Assembly: GCA_009103225.1 (NCBI GenBank)
Contig: RHPI01000638.1
Location: forward strand, 868,001-932,000
Direction: 5' to 3'
Length of the DNA: 64,000 nucleotides
DNA from: Chlorokybus atmophyticus
Taxonomy: Eukaryota > Plantae > Mesostigma and Chlorokybus algae
Within the stretch, counting starts at the first letter, position 1; each line of letters opens with the position of its first letter. Of the stretch, positions 22,284-40,753 are shown piece by piece. Under the pieces are notes generated by a model, which saw nothing but the letters and a program-made list of their open reading frames with translations, was not told the DNA's origin and ran no database searches. The translations under genes were made by a program, and so were the position numbers.

Positions 22284-23622
22284 GAAGGGAGAGGGGAAGG
22301 GAACTCATGGGCTGCCTGCTGACTGCATTGCCACTGCTGCACCGCTACATCTGCTGACTACCGTTGTTAACGCTGCCCTGGTCGTGTTGTACAGGTTATT
22401 ACACGTGCATGCATGTGTGTTGCACGGGGTATGGGCAGTAGTGAAGGTAGATAAGTAGTGAACTTGGACATCCCGGCGGTGAATATAAGAGTGCGATGGT
22501 GTAGTGTGCGGACTGCATGCATGTTTGCTACATTCTCATGCATGCCACAATCCTTGCATACTATAATATACACACAAATGCCACAATCCAATTGCATGCT
22601 ATTTATTATACTGCTCTGATGCACCTCTGTACGCAACTGCGCAACCATTACCAGCCACTACAGCCGTCAGCGAACAGGTACACAGGTCTAGCAGTTGGGA
22701 AAGTGCCTGCCAAGAGCGCAGCGCAGTTTATTACAACACGCCACCACTGCATGCTGCTTTGGCATGAAGGAGCACCAACCCACACATATGCGCATGTGAT
22801 GCACACTCAACGTTACAATTTGCCTTGACCATGGGACAGTTGAACCCGTTGAGGCACGCGCTGCGCAGTGACTCCCCTCCAGACAATATAATTTCACCTT
22901 GCGAGTCCCACCAAATCAGCTAGTCACTCTTGACGCAGGCCAAGAGTCGACTTGTCAGGGATAGCAAGTCCAAAGCAAAGCAAACTAGGTACACAACACG
23001 TGTACCGCAGTTCATGGCGCCACACATAGGTGTTCAGACAATGTATACAATGCTTTACTAAATTAACAATGGATGTGCGAGCCAACAGAAAACGGTGCTG
23101 TTGCTGCAACTAGGCATGCTGTAGGTCCCAACCTGGAACCCAAGATTTGAGGACAAGACAGAGCTTAAGTGACAGACAGCTCACCATTGGGTAGCCCATG
23201 TTGTTGCAGAACCACCTGGCAGCTGTGTGCAGGAGCAGCGCACTACGGGCCTGTGCATGATGGGTCAACACCGCTGTGACTGAGGAAGCATGTTGTGGAT
23301 AAGTGATGAGACAATCTGTGACAGGCAAACTTCGTTACTGTACTCACAACATTGACAAGCGTGTCGCTGCAAGGAGGTCCGCCCACCTTCACCTGTGTAG
23401 TCCAATGGACGCTACAGCAGGTGCACGCGAAATCACAAACAGACAGTTTCCGTCACATTGCACACAATTTACATCACGACAGCAAACAACCGGTACAAAA
23501 CTGCATATTAGCTTGCAACTTGGGTCTATTCCACGGCTATTTCCAACCTTTGCTTGCTGGACATAAGGATGCCCATTGCAAGAGCTCTAGACAACATAGA
23601 GTTACAGAAAAGCCTACTGAGA

Positions 23623-24633
23623 TTAGACTAACTCAAGCTCTGACTCAACTAAGTGTACGAACCCCTTGACAGACTTTCCAGCCACGTCCCTTACGAACTC
23701 CACCTGAAGACGCCCATCAAACGAAGTAAGTGCAATGTTGTCGCCACGATTGTGTGACAGACTACAGCACACCACCTCCCAATGCACCTATCTAGAGTCT
23801 ACAGAAACATTGGAATGAACTGAACTGAACTGAACTGAACTGAGCTTGCATGGTACTCACAGTCACAATCAGTCGGTGCTCACACAATGATGGTAACTGC
23901 CGGAGTACTACCACAAGCGCAATGCTGGCTGTACCTTGTATGGAAAAGTCGCAGAAACGGCCCTGCCCTTGTGCTCTGCTGCATTGGCAGCCACCACCCC
24001 CTCCCAGCCCTGGATCTTCGCTTCTTTGCCCCATTTCGATATGTGGTACACAGTAACGTCCGCTTTCACTCTCACCTTTGAGCCCTGAACATACGAATCG
24101 TACATTCAAACTCAGCTCCTTGCGCACGCGCTGTTGACTCCACGATGCACTGAGCAGATCACCCTACTACTGCATTGCCCAGTACGTGTAGAACAATGTG
24201 CACAGTACTACTACTTGCTGGAAGATGATTGATACTGACTTGCCTTTGCATGCAGCACAAGGAAAATGGTGGAAAGATATTTTTCACGGCCATTGCTCAG
24301 TAGTAGCTTACGCCTAGTCTATGACTGAAAGCTTACGCAGACCAAACAACACCTGGCAATTGAAACCATGACGCTCACCGGACCGAACTTGAGAGCGGTC
24401 ACCGCCTCGTCGCCCTCAACCGTGGCAGCAGCCATAACAAGCGGCTTGAACGCAACCTGCAATGTCGCCCTGCTTTTCCTCTTGAACAATGCAGGAGCAG
24501 CGGCGTCGAGTGGGGCAGGCCTCCATCCGGCTGGACGAAGGGTCCTGGACGCAGCTGATGAACCACTCGGCCGAGACAGGCCACATGACACGCATCCGGT
24601 AACTATGGCTATCCCCCCTGCTGCGGCCATCAT
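23623..24633 (-). CDS. FTRA: Ferredoxin-thioredoxin reductase variable subunit, plastid-targeted
   Basis: Ala/Ser/Arg-rich transit peptide, then LKFGP|GSKVRVKADVTVYHISKWGKEAKIQGWEGVV...SATFPYK|VEFVRDVAGKSVKGFVHLVESELELV*. Exons 24633-24379, 24084-23935 (approx.) and 23703-23623. A (TGAAC)n tract lies in intron 2. Confidence 0.85.
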
Positions 24634-24693
24634 GACGGATTGAACAACAACGACCACGCCAACAACACCCTCCTACTCCTCGCCCGCCCGCTC

Positions 24694-25063
24694 AAACCCT
24701 AACCCATTGGATAAGCTGCAGTCTCGATATCCGCAATCTCCTGATACCAAAAGTAGATCGTCGATATCGTTGCTGCCTCTCAACCTGGCTCAAACAGCCC
24801 GCCTACTAAACTGGATCCGTCAATCTTGCCATGGTGGCGAATGCGAAGCTCAGCAACGGAGAAGCGGTGTTTTGCCGCGTAGAAGCCAACTACTTCTGGC
24901 TTTTTCGCGGTAAAGCGCTGTCGGTTCGGGTATGACAGAAGCCACACTTTGTAAGCCAGATGTCCTGCGTAAGCACGTGGCGCGCGCCGCGGATTCGTGC
25001 CAAATGGCACGCCCGGGCAACTCCAATCTGGCAGGCCCCAAGCCCTAAGTTTGCAACCCTAAA
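24694..25063 (+). promoter_or_regulatory. Telo-box-like motifs (AAACCCTAA at 24694, AACCCTAAA at 25055) in the FTR-V/eRF1 divergent promoter
   Basis: Exact or near-exact AAACCCTA in a CpG-rich intergenic region. Another copy (AAACCCTAG, 54033) lies in the BSD leader. Telo-boxes are known in plant translation-factor promoters. Confidence 0.4.
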
Positions 25064-25338
25064 CAGTCTCTTTGGCCTGCGCGGTGGCGGCGGCGGCGAC
25101 GATACGGGCGGCAGTGTCGTCAACGTCGGCTGCCGCTGTGACGGCATCATCGCTGCCATTAGGCTGAAAAATATTAGAATCTTACAGGGCGGTTTCTGTT
25201 GCTGGCTGGTGCTTGCCGCCGTTGGAGACCTTGCTGGACGGGTGGTCGCTGTGCAGCTGCTGCGGCGGCTGCTCGGTGCTGCTGCGTAGTGCGGGAGGAG
25301 CTTGTTGCGCACGGGGTGGTGGCTGAAGTGCTGCAAAC

Positions 25339-27847
25339 ATGGCGGAGGGTGGGGGCCAAGGGCAGGATCGGAACATAGAGTCATGGAAAATCAAGAAGCT
25401 GATCAGGGCGCTGGAGAGCGCCAGGGGAAACGGGACCAGCATGATCAGCTTGATCATGCCTCCTAGGGATCAAATTGCTCGCGTAGCTAAGATGCTAGGA
25501 GACGAGCTTGGAACCGCCTCAAACATCAAGAACAGGGTTAACAGGCAATCAGTGCTGGGCGCTATCACATCAGCGCAACAGGTGCGAACGTCCGTCTTCG
25601 TAGCTGTTTGTTGCCGCCTGTTTTGCGCAACTGCTGCACAGGTGTTAGTTTGTATGTTTACTGTAGTATATGGCGCGCGCATGCAACAACAGAAGCTGGC
25701 GCTACTACATGCGGTGTTTCTCAATCCCGCAAACTGATGGCTATGGGGCGGTATCTCGTGTGTTACTTGCGGTTCTGGTTTGTCACACACTTCAGTACAT
25801 TCAGACTTTCGCAACTGCGTGTCAATGGTTAGCGCAAAATGTCCACTCTATTGTACGTGTTTTTGGTGCGTTTGGTTATTAGTCAAGGCCACTGCTCTGG
25901 GCACCAGTCGCTAGAACACAGGAGTACTGCATCACTGTCGTGTCGCACCAACAGTGCATGCATATTTTCTCTTGTTAAAGGCAGTAGAGGTTGTGTGAAG
26001 CTGCAGAAGTTTGTCTGCATACAATAGCGCTGTGATGAAAGCTTTGAGTGTTACTTGAGGGCCCAGCACTGCTGGAGCCTGTGCTTGGCACCTTTCTCCA
26101 ACTGAAGCGCTAGTCTCGACGTTATCGTTCTGCGCTTGCGTAACAGTGTTGTGCGTGTTTTACTAGCATACAGTTCGGTAATAAGCAACTCAACCGAGGC
26201 AGCTGACAGCAGTAAGTTATGCAGAGGCTGAAGCTGTACAACAAAGTCCCTCCTAATGGTTTGGTGCTGTACACGGGTACAGTGCTGACTGAAGATGGTA
26301 AAGAGAAGAAGGTTAACATTGATTTTGAGCCTTTCAAGCCCATCAACACCTCCCTGTACCTTTGCGACAACAAGTTCCACACAGAGGCTCTCAATGAGCT
26401 GTTGGAATCCGATGACAAGTTTGGTTTTATTGTGATGGACGGAAATGGCACGCTGTTTGGTACGCTATCCGGCAACTCCCGAGAGGTACCTTTTTTTGCA
26501 CGTGCAATGCATTCATTGCACAGGTGCTACCTGATGCAAGTGACAGTTATCTCCCAAGTCATTTTAGGCATCGAGGATAGCTACCACCAGTGCCTGGTTG
26601 GCCTAGGATCACAGTATATAGAGCCTGCCGCAGCTGTGTGTTGATACACTTGTTTGTCTACTGGGAGAACCCTGGGGATTGAGTGCGTGCATTGTTAGCA
26701 GCCTCTAAATTTTTGCAGTACAGGTGCTGCACAAATTCACTGTGGATCTGCCCAAGAAGCACGGACGAGGAGGTCAGTCAGCGCTGCGTTTCGCCCGATT
26801 GCGAATGGAAAAAAGGCATAACTATGTTCGAAAGACTGCCGAGCTTGCCACGCAATTCTTCATTGATCCAGCCACATCCCAGCCGAATGTGGCCGGTCTC
26901 ATCCTGGCTGGATCCGCTGATTTCAAGACAGAGCTTTCCCAATCAGACATGTTTGATCAGCGTTTGCAAGCTAAGATTATTAAAGTGGTGGATGTGAGTT
27001 ATGGTGGCGAGAATGGTTTCAACCAGGTAAGCTGCGTGGGGTTCAGGTTTGCTTGCACAACAACTTGTTAACAATTTGAACACCAGCACTATGGCCGTTA
27101 ATGTTGGCAGCAGCCTCATGACTTCTGTTGCATTATGCAGGCCATTGAGTTGTCAGCAGAAGTGTTGGCCAACGTGAAGTTTATTCAAGAAAAACGGCTG
27201 ATCAGCAAGTTCTTTGAAGAAATCAGCCAAGACACAGGAAAGTATGTGTTTGGGACTGAGGACACGCTGAAGGCACTAGAAATGGGTGCTGTGGAGACGC
27301 TGATTGTCTGGGAGAACCTTGACATTACACGATACGTCTTCAAGTCACATAGTGGATCTCAAATAATCAAGCACCTAACGCCAGAGATGGAGGCGGTGAG
27401 TACATTGTTGGTGTTTCTTGCTGTACTAGTGAATCGTACTTGGAGTACTGTTATATTGTGTGCCTGTCCAGGACCAAAGCCAATTCATGGACGAGGATGG
27501 TGGTGAGCTGGAGCTTGTTGGGGAGAAGCAGTCTTTCTTGGAGTGGTTGGCAGACACATACCGGCAATTTGGTTGCCTGTTGGAGTTTGTGACAAACAGG
27601 TTTGTTTGGCATCTTGTTTGCCACGTTGCTTGTTTGTGAATGGTGACGACAATAACACTGCAGACAGATGTGTTTGTTGCAAGGTCGCACTGGCCTCATG
27701 TGGTCAAGCTGTGACAGGTCACAAGAAGGCTCGCAGTTTGTGAAAGGTTTCGGCGGCATTGGCGGTATCTTGCGCTACCAGCTTGACATGAGGGACTTCG
27801 AGGAGCCTGAGGACAATGAAGATCTGGATGCAGATGATGCTTATTAA
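25339..27847 (+). CDS. ERF1: Eukaryotic peptide chain release factor 1 (6 exons)
   Basis: [28 protein letters not shown] and [11 protein letters not shown] motifs. Exons 25339-25581, 26225-26485, 26724-27026, 27141-27395, 27472-27599 and 27718-27847. Confidence 0.97.
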
Positions 27848-28465
27848 TCAATGAAAGGGCAGCGAGGCTATGTGATATGCTCTGACCTGCTTTGAGCATC
27901 AACAGCAAGCACAGGACAGCTGGCGCCAAGTGGTGTTCTAAGAGATTTGCTAGCTGTGCAAGGCAAATGCCTGTTTGTGGCGGATTTCCACAACGGTGGA
28001 AGCTGTTGATGCCATGGTGGCCGACAGCAAATGCTGCCAAAGCCATTAAACTTCACGGTTGGCAGTTTAGCTGTACTTCACATGTGGATGTGGTGGATGG
28101 GTGTATACAACGTGACAGTATCAACTCTGTTGTGCCCATAGTAGAGAGGGAGCCTATGCATCCATATGCTATGAAAGTGTTTCCTCACTGTGAAATGTTA
28201 CTAGTGGAAAGCATGGCACGAACATATGATGCACACAATACACGAACACAGCTTTTCCCCCAACATGCATGTTCGCTGGCGTGACCAGAGTGGTACTAGC
28301 GTCACTTCAGCATTACAACGACAAAAATATTGCCGCCTCCCTTGTTCGTTGCCTACCAATGTGATCAGAAACCTACCTACTGGCCTGCTGTCTACGTCTG
28401 ACAGCAGGAAATTGTCAAAAAGTGTATGCATGCACATCACACAAGCGCTACACAAACGTGTCAAG

Positions 28466-33606
<5,141 letters not shown>

Positions 33607-34399
33607 GCTGCAGAGCTTAACGGCGTAGAAGCTAAACCTACTGTTTTGTCATGGCCTGGTTGCCAAGCCGACCCACAGCTGCAGGCTATAGCACACTGGG
33701 CCAGAGCAGGCCACTGGCCATGCAGTCGGTGTACATGTATAACAATTCTCCTGGTAGCACGTAACCACTGCTTACAACATCCACAGCTCCTTGGCCACTC
33801 AACCAAGCGCTGTCATGCTCCGCACCCGCAGCTCATCAACACAACCCTTTCCAGCTGCAGTCCTGGCCAGAGCAGGCTTAACATCAGCAGAAGCCTGATC
33901 GGACCAGGCCAAGCAGCAGGAAGCCAGACGTCGAAGCCAGGCTGAAGAAGCTGTAAGTTAGCTGTTGTTGTTTGTAGGTAGCTGACGCCGGCAAGGGCGA
34001 GCACACATTGGCATGCTGCAAGCAATCGCTGTCGCGCCTGCCAGCTGGCACCCTTTGCTGCTGCGTCAGTGTTCCTAATGAACTTGGGCTGCCCTGTTGC
34101 AGACCCAAAGTGGCCTTTTCCTCACTTCTGTCCCATAGCGTGTGCACACGGCGAATGCACGAATGGACGAGTGCCATGTGGACATTGTGCGATGCTTGTG
34201 CATCAAGATGCACCAATGTTGACAACAAGTGGTGGTGGTACCAGCGTCCCATCCAGCAGCTCATTTTTGTGGTATTCATGCGTAATGGTTGAAGTGGATC
34301 AGCAACTTCATTTCTGCTTATATTCACACATTGCTCACAATAATACAAGTATAACGATATGGCATATTTATTGCTTGTGGCATGATTGCAACGTATACA

Positions 34400-34478
34400 A
34401 TGTAATTTTATGCATTGTCCGATATCAACGTTAAATTACTATAAAAAACATTGATATCCATCAATGCATACATTACAT
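34400..34478. repeat. AT-rich imperfect inverted repeat (arms about 33 bp, 14-nt loop)
   Basis: atgtaat-tt-tatgcattg-tcc-gatatcaacgtt pairs with aacattgatatc-cat-caatgcata-c-attacat. Confidence 0.75.
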
Positions 34479-36474
34479 GACAACATAACATGATGCGAAA
34501 ATGTGAATGTAAACGTATATGTGCATGTACGACTACCTTTAAACACGTACGAAATATGTACGAAATGGACGCGAGAAAAGGTTTGGCACGTGCATACGGT
34601 ATTGAGTTGAGCTCCCTATGCATACATGCATACGTGCATTGCTGCACGCTACATGTTGGCAATTACCAAAACAGTTTGTAACATGTATAAGCAACGTATC
34701 AATGAAGTTGAATTTATGTATGCATTTCCATCTGTATTACGCGTGTACCACAGCAGGTCTCTAAACAATAGCATTGCACAAGCAAGCACTTTGTGTACAG
34801 CAGTACAATATGTTGAATCATATGCATGCTATATGTCGGCACACACGCATGCGCACACGCACGCATGCCATGCGGCCAATATAATGCAAATCAGCCATCA
34901 CTATGATGATCTGCATTAAAATTGAGCTAAAAGCGCGTCATAGCATTGCAACCCTTGGTGACAATTGTTCGACGAGTTGCGGGTTGATGTAATCAAGCCT
35001 TATCAGGAGCTCGCGTATCAACTCGTATAGCTTTCATTGCGCAAGGAATGGAATACTTATCATCATGTCGGCTCAAAACACATGATGCACCTTGTGTGCT
35101 TTTCTTCGTGTGCACATGCTCAAATTCATGCTCTATTTTATCATCATTTGCACGTCACGCATAGGCTGATTCAAACATTGGCATATCAAGACACGGATGC
35201 TAGCTTGTTGATCAATCCACTTGATGTCCGTCTATCCCTCTGACCAACCAAGTACAGATACATTGTGTGTATGTGATTGTAAACTGTAGCGCCTCATTGC
35301 TCCTGCACTGTGCATGCATATGCATGCTTCACTATGCTCGCGTGTGCTTGTATATTGTGTGCTTTGTGTTCATACTTGCATAAGCAGGACTTGGTCAGCT
35401 TATACATTGTGTGCGTATATGCATCAGCAGTACTTGGTTAGCCTATACATTGGGAATGACTCGTCTCCGCTTGTAGGCAAGAGCCACCTCACTCGGTATT
35501 GGAATGACACCTTGTGTTTGAGTGTTAACACGCGTTCAACCAACGCAATGTCATGCCATGTGTACAAAGTATGTCGCGGGGATATGCTGCATGCATCACC
35601 CAACCCCACCACCCAACCCCACCGACTGCACCGAACCACCATGCCACGCGCCACCGCTACAAGCGTGCACTGCTGATGTCAGCAGTGCATGGTTGAGGGT
35701 TACAAAGGGCCTCCGGAGACAGCAGAGGGGGGGCGAGGGTGATGCTGGCGAGAGGAGGGGAGTCCGTCTGCTGTTGCTGCCGCTTGCCTGGCGCTATTGA
35801 TCAAGACTAACTGCCTAGCTGCTGGTTGTGCAGTTGATTGGCAGATGCTATGCATGCTTGCATGTCTAACGGGGTGATGGTTTTGGTAGCGTTGGTAGTG
35901 AAGCTAGGATAGGTTAATCCGGTGGTAAAGTATTGAACAACAATGACTGCCTGCATGCTGTATGTTGCCTACACTGCATGTTCGCCGCATACATACGCCA
36001 CTTTGTATGTACAAGCGACGTGCGTGTACAGAAAATGCAAGGGATGCATGTGCTGGAGCAACTGCATGCTTTGCGGAAGGCTACAAGTAGTAGGTTGTAT
36101 GTATTGGGTGCGTATTGTCTGTGGTAAGTACCGTATATTGTGCACTGCACGTTGTGTGTCGTAATTATCTGGGGTTGATCCGAGTAGGTGTGGTCACTGG
36201 AACGCTGTGGGACTTGTTGGTACTGCTGGATAGAGCTTGCTGCTTGGTAGGATAGTTTCAACTCATGCACGCACAAACTTGTGTACTAGCTATGTAAACC
36301 ATGCAATGCGGTGACTGTGCATGACCATCGTGTGGGCAACTAGACTGGCTGTGAGCGCTTCAGCTCCCAGTGCTTCAAACCATGAAACCTGAGAAGTTGT
36401 TAAACCATGAAACCTGAGAAGTTGTTAACACTTGCCAAAGCAACTTGCATGACACCCACGAATGGTAATGACAT

Positions 36475-38750
36475 TTAATCAAGCGTTACACCAACGCCAT
36501 GATCTGTTAACAGCTGCGTCCTCTGCTTAGCATAATCGACTGGCTGCCGCACAACAATCCCTGATCCAATGTTCAATGACTGGCCCGGCACGTGCCGCAT
36601 TCGCAAACTCCGCTCCCAATCCTTCTGGAACTTCTGGTACAAGTACAGGGCCGCGCGCGCGTCGTCAACCTGCAACCCAGTGGTTGGGGTATGTAAGCAT
36701 CACCAAGCGTCATGCACTCAGCTGCAGCATGATGTCAACCATGACTGCAGCTGCTTACAGGGTTGTGCTCCCCATCCTGAATGGTGATGCCTAACTGCTC
36801 CAGAGCCAAGTGCCGCAGCGCACGGGGTCGCCCACTTTTTCTGCGTAGCCAACGCGATGAGCATGATTGCACGGACTTCAAGATACAGAACTATTTAGAA
36901 CTTAACTCCTGCACATACCCTCGCAATGGCTTGTACTTGGCTGTGTCTCGTATATCCTTTTTGGGGTGGCTAATCATCAACACCTGCAAGACAGCGGAAC
37001 CTTTAAGCAAACAGTTGAGGTCTCCAAAAGGGATTCATCATGTGTATCAAGCCAGAAGGAAGAGTGTCATCGTGTGAATTGCTACACACAGTATACTAAA
37101 CACGGCATACGACTTTTCAACCTACCTTGAGGTCGTTGGCCAAGGCATGACCAATCAATATCCGTCCTGTCAGGAGGTCTGCGACTTCCTTTTGAACTGC
37201 AAAAAAGTCCTTGGCTCCTGCAACGAGCAATGACAAAGCATGTCGGAGACGTACCCAGATACCAGATAAGACACACATTGTACCGCAGTGTTGCTGGGTG
37301 TGTTGGTCAAGCATGAAGTGCTGTTTGGTTAACTGAATTCGCGCTTTGCTGCCAGCGCAAAGGCAAGACGGCCTCTAAGCAGCACTCATGTATCAGGCAA
37401 ACCAGGAATGCATACCACTGAAACGGTTCAGGTGTTTCGCTTTGATGCCGCTAACAGCAGTGCGAAAGTCGGTCACAGACTCCAATGGCTTGACATGCTT
37501 GTCATAGAGCACATTGCCATGAGCATTAACCTGCGATTGCGAGCAAACAAAGTCTTCAGCTGCAAGGCAGTGTTTGAAGCGACTCAACAACATGATAACA
37601 ACATATGAGCGGTACTTGCCACGGCCACTCGAGCCAAGATGCTGCGCACGCCATCAACGCCGACACCAACCATCTCACAATCAATGGCCACCACTTTGGT
37701 CAAACTGCATAGAAAACAACATTGCAGTTGTACCAGTCAAGCGCAAGCGACACACAATGCAGGCGCAAGTTTATCAGTGTGACATGCATAGTTTGCAAAA
37801 GCACCTGTCATCATCGCTTTTGCTAGTTGTTGCTGGGCCGGACCTTGCGGCGGCTGCGCAACAGGATGCAATGATCTTAGCTGATGTTGGGCATGGATGG
37901 TGGATGGTCGTGACTACCAACAACAGGTTTGCAACCGCAGACGGTGGGGGGAAACATGATGATCGCAATTACTGACCTTCACTGCCAAGCACGGCCTCCG
38001 TAATTGCTGCACTGGGCTTCTTGTTGTTGCGATAAAGTCCTTGCTGCGCACTGCCTTTGTAAAGTTGCTGCATGTACCACAATGTTGACGCTGCTGGCAT
38101 GCTGTGCTCACAACACGCCTTTACAAAAACAGCACTGAGCATACTGCACGACTGGGTTGCAGTTATGTCATTGGTACACATGTGCCCGCATGCAATTCCT
38201 AGTGTGTGCGCGTATGCGCATGTGCCCGCATGTGTGTGGTTCAGGCACACGACTAATTAGTTGTGTAGATTCGCGAACCAGGAACCCATCACTGTGTGAT
38301 TGAGTGACTGACCTGGCGAAGCTGCAGCCAGTTACTGCTAACGCCGGCAGCAGCCGCAAGGTTCACTGCAGGAGCAATCTTCGCTGGGCTTGTCGTTGGT
38401 AGCTTTGTGTTCTTCGAACACACCCGCAAGTAAGACATCAGACCTCCGACAACTTCACACAATGCAGCTGGATCATGCACCAAGTCTAGGCATGCACAGA
38501 TAGAGCTGGAGCTAGTCGACAGCAGCCCATATCGCACATTGTTCATGTCGCAAGCAATACTAGCTACAGAATACAGACTCATATATATATATATGCAATA
38601 GACAAGGTGTGAATGACCATTAAAAAACAGTGCAGTGACGATGGGTACCTTGCTTTGAGGCGCCTGAGGAGCAGCAGCAGCAGCAGCAGACGCCTTCTCC
38701 TGCCCCTCCTGCTGCTCCCTCCTTCTCTTCCGGCTCTTGGACGCCGTCAT
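36475..38750 (-). CDS. REX4: RNA exonuclease 4 (DEDDh family, about 10 exons)
   Basis: SSNWLQL; LTKVVAIDCEMVGVG; VTDFRTAVSGI; GRILIGHALANDLK; IRDTAKY; DGEHNP|VDDARAALYLY. The start codon and exon-2 acceptor are less certain. Confidence 0.93.
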
Positions 38751-39599
38751 ATAGGCCCAGTTCAACCAATGTCTCTAAACAACCACTTCCTCTACCTCCT
38801 CCTGCTCTTTCCCCGCCGCCGCCGCCGCCGCCGCCTGGTACGGCACTTTCAGGCTAGACCTACCATCCGCCGACAACGTCTAATGCCGACATATGTGGGC
38901 CGCGCGTGCCGGAGAATCGTCGGCGCAGTGTCAGATACGTCGACACGCGTCAGTCAACAAGCTGCTCTCTGGTCTAGACTGGTCTGGTTTGGTCCGGCTT
39001 GGCCTGGTGGGGTCGCAGCTGCGGCGCAGCAGGCGACGGCTGTGATAGCGGTTGTTGCTGTGTGGTAGCTGGCCTGGGTCCGCTTGCTGCGCCTGTCACT
39101 TGAGGGCTTCGGCGGTTCGTGTGAGAGAGCTGATGCTGCGGGCAGCAAAGTGAAGTTGAGTTCCTTCCGGTAAGTGCACAACGCGAATTGCTCTCGAAAG
39201 CAGTACTCCAGCTTAGCTTACTTCACACTTGTAAGCTGGAACGGTGTCAAAGCTGCTGCAGGTATGTGTATGAACTGAAAACCTGAACCAAGCTCTTGTG
39301 ACATGCCACTCATGCTTGCCTGCCGTGATGCACCAAACAGAAACAGTCTTGATGAGCTAAAACATCTGTAACATGGGCAAGAATGCTCCTTCCAGCCAGT
39401 TGACGTAAGTTTGCTGTAAGAACGCGCTCATGACTCAAGGAGGCAGCGGTTGTTGAGTTGCTGTGATGTTGCTGCTCTGTCACTCGCCGTATTGATGGCT
39501 ATGTGTTCTGCATCAAGCATCATGTGGTTTTCTCGATGCACAAGCGGCTGATAGGCGTGGCGGAAAGCACACTTTCTAGACTCGTTGACACTCACCACC

Positions 39600-40753
39600 A
39601 TGGCTGATGTTGATAAAGTCCAGCTGACTTTGTCAATATCAGCCTGAGTTGCAGGAAATGCAGGCCCAGGTGCAGGCATATGCTAGTGCTTTGGGGACAT
39701 TTCCATGTACACGCCATCTACAAAGCAGCAGCCCTGCCACCTTCAGCCTCCCAACCCAACGCACAAGGTACTGTCGAGTTGACTTAACGCAGCGTTGCTG
39801 TGTTGTAACAAATTGGGGACTCATGTGTGCACCGCTGCTTGGGAAGCTGACAACCATGCTGCAGTTTAGTATACTTTATAACCTCAACAACTTTCTTGCC
39901 TGCTGTGGGAAGCTTATGGTGATTGTTTGTTGCATGCAACAGTCGCAAGCAGTACAGCAAGTACAGAAGAAGGCATGTTGTAGTCCAAAGCATGTTGCTG
40001 TCGCAGCGCCAGCGACAGCAGTATTCAAATGGTGCATCCTCAAGCTCATCAACACCCACGTTGGTGGGCAAACTAGTCCTGTCTTCTGCAGAGCTCAAGG
40101 CAAGATGCACTGGCCCAATCCCATTGCATGATCAGCAAAGCATCATCATGCATCTTTTGTTGACTTGCGTGTATGCTACGGCGTCCAGCTCCTTGCTGAG
40201 GAAACCATCAGGAGACACTTCCCGCACGCTGGCTTAGATGCAAAGATGTTACGAGCAGGTGTGACTATGGCCGTATACATCATGCACTTGTAACACATTG
40301 GTATTCGCCCAGGTGTTGTTGACTAATTGTGAGTTGCTATGTCAGTTGCAATTGTAGAGAGTGGCGCCCATGTGTTAGCGCATCGACGAGAGTCAAACGG
40401 GGAGGCCTCAGTGGGCCTCATGCAAACCCTTGTGTCAACTGCGAGCTGGCTTGCAAGGTATCATGTTCGCAGAGTGTTACACTGCAGCTCCTTTGCTTGA
40501 TACATGTGTTGTGTCTTGCAGAGATATGGGTTACAGGGCATTTGGTATTCCCAAAGAGCAGGACTTGTATGACCCGTACGTGTCTATGTATTATGGTGCA
40601 GCCTTCTTACTGTGGCTGTCGACATACAACGGCAGTAAGCGCTCGCAGGAGTTCATCGTTCGCGGGTACAACGGCGGTCCAGGAGGTGTGCAACTTTCGC
40701 AAACGGCTCGATATTGGAATAAGTATTTGAGTGTCTATCGGACACTGACTTGA
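39600..40753 (+). CDS. Plant-type soluble lytic transglycosylase (SLT / lysozyme-like), At1g16290-like
   Basis: LSSAELK|LLAEETIRRHF...MLRA|VAIVES (putative catalytic Glu)...GLMQT...|DMGY...DPYVSMYYGAAFLLWL...VRGYNGG...YWNKYL. The N-terminal exons are unresolved. Confidence 0.85.

Larger units (their letters stand above)
17505..23340 (+). repeat. Tandem segmental duplication of about 3 kb (17505-20330 vs 20425-23340) carrying BTB copies E and F
   Basis: Shared anchors: gtgacctcaagt (17505/20431), tttgccaacagggtaaccc, ctaggtacacaac (19962/22986), and tccc.acctg.aaccca...aagtgaca.aca.ctcacca (20122/23127). Confidence 0.85.

Noticed and set aside
20082-23328. Two similar minus-strand ORFs (..VSCLSL..CLV..SWV.G.D) suggesting a hidden gene family
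   Set aside because: The similarity is explained by the E/F segmental duplication; the frames diverge outside a short stretch.
24890-25384. 164-aa antisense ORF overlapping the eRF1 leader
   Set aside because: GC-rich promoter/UTR sequence with low stop density; no homology or splice support.
27845-27895. Readthrough/NMD autoregulation of eRF1 as in angiosperm eRF1-1
   Set aside because: The stop context TAA-TCA is not a recognised leaky context and no 3'UTR intron can be shown; the next in-frame stop follows 15 codons later.
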